Below, in pieces: positions 20,573-28,720 of a stretch of 32,000 nt of DNA; position 1 is the stretch's first letter; the number at the start of each line of letters is the position of its first letter. The notes under the pieces are model-generated. The model worked only from the letters and a program-made list of their open reading frames with translations. It did no database searches and was not told the DNA's origin. Source of the stretch: Candidatus Karelsulcia muelleri PSPU (GTDB lineage: Bacteria; Bacteroidota; Bacteroidia; Flavobacteriales; Blattabacteriaceae); assembly GCF_000829155.1 (NCBI RefSeq), contig NZ_AP013293.1:240001-272000 (forward strand), written 5' to 3'. Made by a program: the position numbers and the translations under genes.

Positions 20573-21574
20573 ATGTTTTTTTCAAGTTTTACAAAAAATA
20601 AAAATTTAATAATATTAAAATTAACTCCTGAAGAAGGGTCTTTTAAAATAGAACCATTATATCCTGGATGGGGGTTAACAATTGGAAATTCACTTAGAAG
20701 AGTACTTTTATCTTCTTTAGAAGGATATGCTATATCATCAGTTAAAATTGAAGGAGTAAATAATGAATATTCGACAATAAAAGGGGTAATAGAAGATATG
20801 ACCGAGATTATTTTAAATCTTAAAAAGATACGTTTTAAAAAAAAAATAGAAGATGAAGATTTCGAATCAGCAGAATTTAATATTATTATTAATAATAATA
20901 AAAAAGAAATAACTGCTGGTGATTTAGGTGAATTTATTAATTTATTTGAAATTATAAATCCTTATTTAATTATTTTAAATAAAGAAAAATTAATTTCTTT
21001 AAAGATTACTCTTGTAATAAAAAGAGGGATAGGTTATATTCCTTCAGAAAAAAATCAAGATATGCCTAATATAATAGGAACAATTCCAATTGATACTATA
21101 TTTACTCCTATAAAAAAAGTTAAATATAAAATCGATAATTGTAGTATCAATACAAATCCATTTTATGAAAGTCTTATTTTAAAAATAAAAACTGATGGGT
21201 CTATAAATCCTCGAAAAGCATTAACTAGAGCTTCTAATCTATTAATAAGACATTTTCAATGTCTGTCAAATGAAAAAATATTATTAGAATATAAAAAACC
21301 AAAGAAAAGAAATAAATATGATAAAAAAATTTTAAAAATGCGGAAACTTTTAAAATCTTCATTAGAAGAAGAAATAGATTATTTATCTGTAAGAACTTTA
21401 AATTGTTTAAAATCTGCTAAAATCTTTACATGGGGAGATTTAGTTAAATATAATAAATCGGATTTATTGAAATTAAAAAATTTTGGAAGAAAATCTTTAT
21501 CTGAATTAGATAAAAGAATGAAAAAATTAAATATATATTCTGGCATGGATATTTCTATATATAAATTAAATTAA
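20573..21574 (+). CDS. rpoA: DNA-directed RNA polymerase subunit alpha
   Basis: The N-terminal domain has [27 protein letters not shown]. The C-terminal domain has LSVRT.NCLK.A.I...GDLV.....DLLK.KNFG.KSL.E. Confidence 0.96.
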   Translation: MFFSSFTKNKNLIILKLTPEEGSFKIEPLYPGWGLTIGNSLRRVLLSSLEGYAISSVKIEGVNNEYSTIKGVIEDMTEIILNLKKIRFKKKIEDEDFESAEFNIIINNNKKEITAGDLGEFINLFEIINPYLIILNKEKLISLKITLVIKRGIGYIPSEKNQDMPNIIGTIPIDTIFTPIKKVKYKIDNCSINTNPFYESLILKIKTDGSINPRKALTRASNLLIRHFQCLSNEKILLEYKKPKKRNKYDKKILKMRKLLKSSLEEEIDYLSVRTLNCLKSAKIFTWGDLVKYNKSDLLKLKNFGRKSLSELDKRMKKLNIYSGMDISIYKLN

Positions 21575-21576
21575 AT

Positions 21577-21951
21577 ATGAGACATAGAAAAAAAAATAAT
21601 AATTTAGGAGTAATTAGTTCACATCGTAAATCAATGTTATCGAATATGGCTTCTTCTCTTATAAAGAGAAAGAGAATTATGACTACTTTAGCAAAAGCTA
21701 AAGCATTAAGAAAATATATTGAACCTTTACTTACGAAAAGTAAAAAAAATACAATTCATTCTAGACGAAGAATATTTAAATATTTGAATGATAAGCAATC
21801 TGTTTTAGAACTTTTTTATAAGATATCATCAAAAATATATAATCGTCCTGGAGGTTATACAAGAATTATAAAAACGGGATTTCGTGTAGGTGATTCTTCA
21901 GAAACTGCAATGATTGAATTAGTTGATTATAATAATCAATATAAAAAATAA
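21577..21951 (+). CDS. rplQ: 50S ribosomal protein L17
   Basis: MRHRKK.N.LG...SHRK.ML.NMA.SLI...RI.TT.AKAKALR.Y.EPL.TK.K and RPGGYTRI.K...R.GD....A.IEL are L17 patterns. Confidence 0.96.
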   Translation: MRHRKKNNNLGVISSHRKSMLSNMASSLIKRKRIMTTLAKAKALRKYIEPLLTKSKKNTIHSRRRIFKYLNDKQSVLELFYKISSKIYNRPGGYTRIIKTGFRVGDSSETAMIELVDYNNQYKK

Positions 21952-22077
21952 TAATATGTTGTAAAAGTTTATTCTTTATTTGTGACTAATGTTGATATTA
22001 TCCAAAAATAAATAAATTTCTAATTATATTCTTTTATATCGTATTTAATAATCTTTAGGTAAGAAAAAAAAATAGTA

Positions 22078-22854
22078 TTATATATTTATAATTCCTTTAT
22101 AAACAAAGTGAACTTCTCCCTTTAAAAAAATATTTTTATAATATTTAAGTAATTTTTCAAACTTAACTTGTAAAGTACCTCCTAGGGTTTTTACTATAAT
22201 TTTATTATATAATATTTTTTTAATATGATAAGCTGCAATGGCAGAAGCTGTAACTCCTGTTCCACAGGAAAAAGTTTCATTTTCTACTCCACGTTCATAA
22301 GTTCTAACATATAAAATATTGTTCTTAATTTTAACAAAGTTAACATTTACTCCTGTTTTTCTATATTTTTTATTAAATCTAATTTTTTTACCTTCCTTAT
22401 ATACATTTATATTATTTATTTTATCTTTAAAAAGAATATGATGTGGGGATCCTGTATTTAGATATATATGTTCTGGATAAACTTTCACAAGTTCAACATT
22501 TTTCATATTTAATGAAACAATATTTTTTTTTATTGATGCAGAATGATATCCATCTATTGATTTAAATAATGTATTAGTCTTATTTATAATTCCTATTTTT
22601 TTTGCAAAATGAACAGAACATCTTCCTCCATTTCCACACATACTTCCTTCTTTTCCATCAGAATTATAGTATTTCATATAAAAATCATATTTTTTATTTT
22701 TTTCAATTAAAATTAGACCATCAGCCCCAATTCCTAAATTTCTATTGCACATATTTTTAATTATTTTTTTATTTAAAAAAAATGATTTTTCAATATTATT
22801 AATTATAATAAAATCATTTCCTGTTGCTTGATATTTAAAAAAAATAATTTTCAT
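22078..22854 (-). CDS. dapF: Diaminopimelate epimerase
   Basis: MKIIFFKYQATGNDFIII start, with both catalytic-Cys motifs present (SMCGNGGRC and FSCGTGVTASA). The start was moved to Met20 of the tracked ORF (ATG at 22854-22852). The longer ORF would overlap rsmH and adds only non-homologous residues. Confidence 0.93.
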   Translation of the reverse strand: MKIIFFKYQATGNDFIIINNIEKSFFLNKKIIKNMCNRNLGIGADGLILIEKNKKYDFYMKYYNSDGKEGSMCGNGGRCSVHFAKKIGIINKTNTLFKSIDGYHSASIKKNIVSLNMKNVELVKVYPEHIYLNTGSPHHILFKDKINNINVYKEGKKIRFNKKYRKTGVNVNFVKIKNNILYVRTYERGVENETFSCGTGVTASAIAAYHIKKILYNKIIVKTLGGTLQVKFEKLLKYYKNIFLKGEVHFVYKGIINI

Positions 22855-22884
22855 AAATTTTTTTAAAAAAAATTTTACATATAA

Positions 22885-23805
22885 ATGTATAAAAAAATGT
22901 ATGAATATCATAATCCTGTTTTATTGGATGAGACCTTGACTCTCTTAGTTAAAGAAATTGATGGAATTTATATAGATACAACTTTTGGTGGGGGGGGACA
23001 TTCTTTTTCATTATTAAAAAAATTAAATAATAAAGGGAGGCTAATTGCTTTTGATCAAGATATATATTCTATAAAAAAAAATAATATAATTGATACAAGA
23101 TTTAATCTTGTGAAAACCAATTATATATTTATAAAAAAAATATTAAAAATATATAATCTTAATAAAGTCTCTGGTATATTAGCTGATTTAGGAATTTCTT
23201 CTCATCAAATAAATACTCCAAAAAGAGGATTTTCAATTAGATCTAATAGTATTTTAGATATGAGGATGGATACTTTTAATAAAATTAATGCAAAATATAT
23301 AATAAATAATTATTCATATAATGAATTATATAATATATTTAAAATATATGGAGATATAAAAAATTATAAATTTTTAGCAAAATTAATTCTAAAACAAAGA
23401 AAAAAAAAATATATAAAATATACATTTGATTTAATTAATATATTAAAAGTTTTTTTTAAAAAAAAACTAGAAAATAAATTTTTATCAAAGATCTTTCAAT
23501 CTTTACGAATAGAAGTAAATAATGAAATCAATGCATTAAAATATTTATTAAATAATTCTTTATCTATATTAAAACCTGGAGGTAGAATTGCTGTTATATC
23601 TTATAATTCTATAGAAGATAGAATTGTTAAAAAATTTTTAAAAACTGGAAATTTTAATGGAGTTGTTTCATATGATGGATATGGTAATAATATATCACCT
23701 TTAATTCTTTTAAAACCTAAAATAATTTTTTCTTCTAAAGAAGAAATTAAAAAAAATAATAGATCAAGAAGTGCTATATTAAGAATAGCAGAAAAAAAAC
23801 TATAA
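22885..23805 (+). CDS. rsmH: 16S rRNA (cytosine1402-N4)-methyltransferase RsmH/MraW
   Basis: H.PVLL.E, IDTTFGGGGHS, FDQD, LADLGISSHQ, RGFS....LDMRM and SYNS.EDRIVK.F are RsmH motifs. The true start could be the second ATG at 22897. Confidence 0.93.
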   Translation: MYKKMYEYHNPVLLDETLTLLVKEIDGIYIDTTFGGGGHSFSLLKKLNNKGRLIAFDQDIYSIKKNNIIDTRFNLVKTNYIFIKKILKIYNLNKVSGILADLGISSHQINTPKRGFSIRSNSILDMRMDTFNKINAKYIINNYSYNELYNIFKIYGDIKNYKFLAKLILKQRKKKYIKYTFDLINILKVFFKKKLENKFLSKIFQSLRIEVNNEINALKYLLNNSLSILKPGGRIAVISYNSIEDRIVKKFLKTGNFNGVVSYDGYGNNISPLILLKPKIIFSSKEEIKKNNRSRSAILRIAEKKL

Positions 23806-23807
23806 TA

Positions 23808-24111
23808 AAGTAAACTTATAAGCCGGATTCTGTATTTATCATTTATCTGGGAAAAAAGTTACCTTTTTACTCTATCTGCCCACCCCCCGAATTAATAGTT
23901 AAAGGGAATACTACACTTTTTTTAAAAAGTATCCGGTATACATTGCATTTCACAACACAGAGTTTACAATATTTCACTACAGCCTAACTGTACTTTATTT
24001 CTGTTGCACTATTCCTAATCTCACGATGGCCGGGAATTACCCGATGTGTTCCCCTAATGTGTCCGGACTTTCCTCATTATTTAATAATAAACGCGATAAA
24101 AAAGTCTACTT
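23808..24111 (-). ncRNA. rnpB: RNase P RNA, bacterial type A, compact (~304 nt)
   Basis: A GC-richer island with no ORF. The minus strand reads GAGGAAAGUCCGGAC (P4 5' strand, plus 24061-24075), AGUGCAACAGAAA, GUAGUGAAA, UGUAAACUC and ACAGAAUCCGGCUUA (P4 3' strand, plus 23818-23832). The termini form a 10-bp P1 helix, AAGUAGACUU (24111-24102) pairing with AAGUUUACUU (23817-23808). Confidence 0.93.
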
Positions 24112-24113
24112 CT

Positions 24114-25652
24114 TTATAAAAAATTTTCTTTTATTATTCTTGGATAAACCCATTTAAGTAAATTCATATAAGAATATAAACCTCCCTCAAAATGTTGGGG
24201 GATAGTAGGTTTATAATTTATATAAATATTTTCAGCATTAAATTTATTAGTAATAGAAGATATTATGTATCTATCATTACAAAATATATATCCTGTAAAA
24301 AAAAAATTTGTTTTATTCACTAAATAAATAGTTTTTTCCCAATTAGAATCTTCATATATATAAACTGTTAAGACTGGGCCAAATATTTCATCTATCATAC
24401 TTTCATAATATGGATTATTAGTTTCTATTACTGTTGGAGTAATAAAATAACCTTTTGAACTATCACATTTTCCACCAATAATAATATTACAATTATTATC
24501 ATTCTTAGCTCTATATATATATCCTTTAATTTTATTAAAACTAATTTCATCAATTACAGATGTAATAAAATTTGAAAAATTCCTAGGACTTCCTAGTTTC
24601 ATAGAATGAATATTATTTATTAATAATTTTTTTATATTTTCTTTCCATAAAGATTTTGGTATATAAGCTCTAGACACAGCAGACAATTTTTGTCCTTGAT
24701 ATTCAAAAGCTCCATATGAAAGTGCTATAGATACTTCTTTTGAATTAGAATTAGGATGTACCCATATAAAATTTTTTCCTCCTGTTTCTCCTACAATACG
24801 TGGAGAATATCTATATAAATCTATTTTTTTACTTATATTTTTAAATATTTTTTTAAAGACTTCTGTAGAGCCTGTAAAATTTATTCCTGCAAAATTTTTA
24901 TGTTTTAATATAACATTTGATGTAGTTTTTACATTTGTTAATAACATATTAATTACACCATCAGGCAATCCAGATTTTTTAAATATTTCCATTAAAACAT
25001 TTGCAGAATATAATTGTTTATTAGATGGTTTCCATAATACAACATTTCCCATAAGGGCCATACAAGCTGGTAAATATCCAGATATAGAAGTAAAATTAAA
25101 TGGTGTTATTGCAACTACAAATCCTTTTAAAGGACGATAATATAAACTATTAAAAACTCCTCTACTATATAAATATTTCTTATTATATATTATATATGCA
25201 TATTCTATATGAAATTTTAAAAGATCTATTAATTCACAAGCGGCATCTATTTCAGATTGAAAAATATTTTTCGATTGACCAATCATTGTAGCTGCATTAA
25301 TTTTCATTCTATATGGACCAGAAATTAAATCAGCAGCTTTTAAAAATATAGAAGCTCTATCTGCCCAAGATAAATTTGACCAATTTTTATGGACTGATAA
25401 AGATGAATTAATTGCATTATTAATATCTTTTTCTGATCCTTCATGCCAATATCCTATAATTTTTTTATTATCATGTGGAGGAGAAATAGGATGTTTTATT
25501 CCACTAAAAATTTTTTCATTTCCAATATATTGAGGAATATCTATTTTAGAATTAAACATTTCATCATAAAGTCTTTTTAATTTTAAACGAGAAATAATAT
25601 CATTATTATAATCATGTATTGGTTCATTAATAAAAAATTTTTTTTTATACAT
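24114..25652 (-). CDS. pruA: L-glutamate gamma-semialdehyde (1-pyrroline-5-carboxylate) dehydrogenase homologue of the ALDH superfamily. The ORF is intact but the catalytic Cys position is Leu, so it may be inactive.
   Basis: 512 aa, collinear with ALDH4/PruA-type enzymes (WKPS, FTGST.VFK, PRIVGETGGKNF, DEIFGPVLTVY, LLKWVYPRIIKE). The Cys active-site motif reads FEYQGQKLSAVSR instead of ..GQKCSA... Confidence 0.85.
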   Translation of the reverse strand: MYKKKFFINEPIHDYNNDIISRLKLKRLYDEMFNSKIDIPQYIGNEKIFSGIKHPISPPHDNKKIIGYWHEGSEKDINNAINSSLSVHKNWSNLSWADRASIFLKAADLISGPYRMKINAATMIGQSKNIFQSEIDAACELIDLLKFHIEYAYIIYNKKYLYSRGVFNSLYYRPLKGFVVAITPFNFTSISGYLPACMALMGNVVLWKPSNKQLYSANVLMEIFKKSGLPDGVINMLLTNVKTTSNVILKHKNFAGINFTGSTEVFKKIFKNISKKIDLYRYSPRIVGETGGKNFIWVHPNSNSKEVSIALSYGAFEYQGQKLSAVSRAYIPKSLWKENIKKLLINNIHSMKLGSPRNFSNFITSVIDEISFNKIKGYIYRAKNDNNCNIIIGGKCDSSKGYFITPTVIETNNPYYESMIDEIFGPVLTVYIYEDSNWEKTIYLVNKTNFFFTGYIFCNDRYIISSITNKFNAENIYINYKPTIPQHFEGGLYSYMNLLKWVYPRIIKENFL

Positions 25653-25667
25653 AAAATTATTTTAAAT

Positions 25668-27302
25668 TTAATTTTTAGTAAAATTAAATATAATTTTTTT
25701 TCCAAAAGGTGTATAATATGGATTGTTAGAATTAAATAAATTTTTAATTAAATATTTAATTTTTAAATTATTAATTTTTACTCCATTTTTAATAGAAAAA
25801 TATTTACATATTTTTTTATAAAAAATCTCAAGATTTAAATCAAAATTTGATATAATACTTTTTATAAAATTAGATATATTATATGACTCTAACATTAGAG
25901 GTATATATTTAACTAAAATAATATCTTTAATAAGATTAATTTCAAATCCTAAATAATTTAATTTATTTATTATTTCTTTTATAGAAGAATAATTTTTATT
26001 AATAATTTTTATTTCGATTGGAAATCGAATTTTTTTTTTTTTTTTATATTTTTTATAATAAAAAAAATCATATAAAATTCTTTGATGAGCACGATTTTGA
26101 TTGACTAATATGAGTTCAAATTTAATAAAGCCTAATAGATATTTATTATAAATTTGAATCCATTTATATAAATAATATTTATTTACGTTTTCTAAAAAAA
26201 AATTAGAATTAAATTTTTTTTCTTTTAAAGATTCTTTTATATTTTTATATTTTTTATTAAAAAAAAAGATATAATTTTTATCAGTATCTTTTTTTTTTAA
26301 AAAAAATTTTTTAATATTATTAATTCCTAAATATTCTTTAATAAGAGTACTAATTTTATTACATAAATATATTTCATCATAAAATTTTACTTTTGTTTTG
26401 TATGGACTAATATTAATATTAAATTTACTAGGATCCATCGTTAAAAAAATAAAATAAGAAGGATTATATTTTTTTTTTGTAAGACCTTCATAAGAATTTA
26501 TAATAGCATTATGTAAATTTTTATTTTTTATAAATCGTTTATTTAAAAAAATATATTGTTTTTTTAAATTAAAATATTTAGTATTTGTTATGTAACCTTG
26601 TATTTTAACTAAGTTAGTCGTTTTTTTTATTTTAATTAAATATTTTTTTATTTTTTTACCAAAAATTTTTATTATACGTTTTTTATGTGAAGATTTTTTT
26701 AAAAAAAAAACAATTTTTTTATTATTTTTTAAAATAAAATTTATATCATTATGACTTAATACAATTTTATAAAATTCATTAATAATATTTTTTAATTCTA
26801 AATTAGAAGATTTTAAAAATTTCCTTTTAACAGGAATATTATAAAATATATTCTTTATACATATGCTACACCCTTTATCCATGGAAATTGGTAATGGTTT
26901 ATATTTTAATTTTCCATTTTCTATAATAAGCCTTATTCCTATATCTGATTCTATATATCTTGTATCAATTTCTATCTGGGTAACAGAAGTAATATAAGAT
27001 AAAGCTTCACCTCTAAATCCTTTAGTTGAAAGATTTAAAAGATCTTCTACTTTATTTATTTTTGACGTAGAATATCTCTCAAAACTTTTTATAGCATCAT
27101 TTTTACTCATTCCTATACCATCATCTATAATATGTATTCTATCTTTACCTCCATTTAATAATATTATTTTTATATTTTTTGCATAAGCATCTATAGAATT
27201 TTCTAAAATTTCTTTTAATATTGATGATGGGTTATGTATTACATCTCCAGATGCTATTTTATTTGATACATTTTTTGATAATAATTTTATTACATCAGTC
27301 AT
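25668..27302 (-). CDS. mutL: DNA mismatch repair protein MutL. The ATPase half is conserved and the C-terminal half is degenerate.
   Basis: GHKL ATPase motifs are present: I.KL...V.NKIA.G.VI..P.S.LKEILENSIDA, IDDGIGM and GFRGEALSYI. The start was moved to Met32 of the tracked ORF (ATG at 27302-27300), which begins the conserved MTDVIKLLS N-terminus. Confidence 0.9.
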   Translation of the reverse strand: MTDVIKLLSKNVSNKIASGDVIHNPSSILKEILENSIDAYAKNIKIILLNGGKDRIHIIDDGIGMSKNDAIKSFERYSTSKINKVEDLLNLSTKGFRGEALSYITSVTQIEIDTRYIESDIGIRLIIENGKLKYKPLPISMDKGCSICIKNIFYNIPVKRKFLKSSNLELKNIINEFYKIVLSHNDINFILKNNKKIVFFLKKSSHKKRIIKIFGKKIKKYLIKIKKTTNLVKIQGYITNTKYFNLKKQYIFLNKRFIKNKNLHNAIINSYEGLTKKKYNPSYFIFLTMDPSKFNINISPYKTKVKFYDEIYLCNKISTLIKEYLGINNIKKFFLKKKDTDKNYIFFFNKKYKNIKESLKEKKFNSNFFLENVNKYYLYKWIQIYNKYLLGFIKFELILVNQNRAHQRILYDFFYYKKYKKKKKIRFPIEIKIINKNYSSIKEIINKLNYLGFEINLIKDIILVKYIPLMLESYNISNFIKSIISNFDLNLEIFYKKICKYFSIKNGVKINNLKIKYLIKNLFNSNNPYYTPFGKKIIFNFTKN

Positions 27303-27380
27303 TTTATTATAGATTATAATTTTTAATATTGTTAGTAATTTATTTTTAAATAAATTATTTTTTATTATAATATATATATT

Positions 27381-28718
27381 GTGAAACTCTGGCAAAAAAA
27401 TTTTGAAATTAATAAAAAAATAGAAATATTTACAGTAGGAAAAGATAGAAATTTAGATTTATTTTTAGCACCTCATGATGTTATAGGGACATTAGCACAT
27501 ATAATAATGTTAGAAACAATAGGTCTATTAAACATTAACGAATTAAATTCTTTAATTAAAGAATTACATATTATTTATGATACAATTATATCTGGAAAAT
27601 TTAAAATAGAGGATAATGTCGAAGATATACATTCTCAAATAGAATTAATATTAACTCAACGTTTAGGAGAAATCGGTAAAAAAATCCATAGTGGAAGATC
27701 TAGAAATGATCAAATTTTATTAGATATAAAATTATTTATTCGTAAAGAAATACAAGAATTAGTTTTTTTAATTAAAAAATTATTTAATGTCTTAATATAT
27801 TTAAGTAATCGTTATAAAAAAATATTAATTCCTGGTTATACACATTATCAAATAGCTATGCCTTCTTCATTTGGTTTATGGTTCGCCTCTTATGCAGAAA
27901 GTCTTATAGACGATATATGTTTTTTAAAAAACGCTTATAATATTTCTAATAAAAATCCTTTAGGTTCAGCAGCTGGATTTGGATCATCTTTTTCATTAAA
28001 TAGAAAACTTACAACAGATCTTTTAGGTTTTGAAGATTTAAATTATAATGTAGTATATGCACAAATGTGTAGAGGTAAAACAGAACGTATAGTTTCACAA
28101 GCTATTTCATCATTAGCTAGTACTATGAGTAAAATATCTCAAGATATATGTTTATATATGAGTCAGAATTTTAATTTTTTTTCATTACCTGATAATTTAA
28201 CTACAGGATCTAGCATAATGCCACACAAAAAAAATCCAGATGTATTTGAATTAATAAGATCTAGATGTAATAAAATTATTTCTTTACCTAATCAAATATC
28301 AATTATAATAACTAATTTATCTTCAGGATATCATAGAGATTTACAAACTATTAAAGAAATTTTTTTACCAATATTTGATGAAATTAAAACAATAATATTA
28401 ATATCTACATTTATGTTTAAAAAACTAATTATAAATAAAGAAATATTAAATGATAAAAAATATAAATATTTGTTTAGTGTAGAAGTTGTTAATTCTTTAG
28501 TTAAAAAAGGTGTCTCATTTAGAGAAGCATATAAAAAAATTGGATTAGATATCCAAAAAGGATGTTTTTATCCAATTACTGAGATAAAACATTCTCATGA
28601 AGGAAGTATAAGCAATTTATGTAATAAAAAACTTTCATATATAATGAAAAATTCAATAAAACAATTTAAATTTGAAATTGTTAATAAAGCCATTAATAAA
28701 TTATTAATTAATATATAA
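27381..28718 (+). CDS. argH: Argininosuccinate lyase
   Basis: MKLWQKNF, HSGRSRNDQ and the fumarate-lyase signature GSSIMPHKKNPDVFELIR. The start codon is GTG. Confidence 0.95.
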   Translation: MKLWQKNFEINKKIEIFTVGKDRNLDLFLAPHDVIGTLAHIIMLETIGLLNINELNSLIKELHIIYDTIISGKFKIEDNVEDIHSQIELILTQRLGEIGKKIHSGRSRNDQILLDIKLFIRKEIQELVFLIKKLFNVLIYLSNRYKKILIPGYTHYQIAMPSSFGLWFASYAESLIDDICFLKNAYNISNKNPLGSAAGFGSSFSLNRKLTTDLLGFEDLNYNVVYAQMCRGKTERIVSQAISSLASTMSKISQDICLYMSQNFNFFSLPDNLTTGSSIMPHKKNPDVFELIRSRCNKIISLPNQISIIITNLSSGYHRDLQTIKEIFLPIFDEIKTIILISTFMFKKLIINKEILNDKKYKYLFSVEVVNSLVKKGVSFREAYKKIGLDIQKGCFYPITEIKHSHEGSISNLCNKKLSYIMKNSIKQFKFEIVNKAINKLLINI

Positions 28719-28720
28719 TT

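Noticed and set aside
22855-22911. Upstream extensions of the dapF ORF (and likewise of mutL, 27303-27395)
   Set aside because: Both are longest-ORF artefacts. The extensions are non-homologous, and they overlap the divergent neighbour (rsmH, argH). Internal ATGs start exactly at the conserved N-termini.
24297-24841. Apparent compensating +1/-1 frame shifts in pruA when I hand-translated the printed lines (near 24300/24301, 24360/24361, 24660/24661 and 24840/24841)
   Set aside because: All four fall exactly at line breaks and cancel out. The computed ORF track also shows one uninterrupted 512-aa frame. I attribute the shifts to my manual reading of homopolymer and dinucleotide runs across line boundaries, not to real frameshifts. 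A simple computational translation would settle it.
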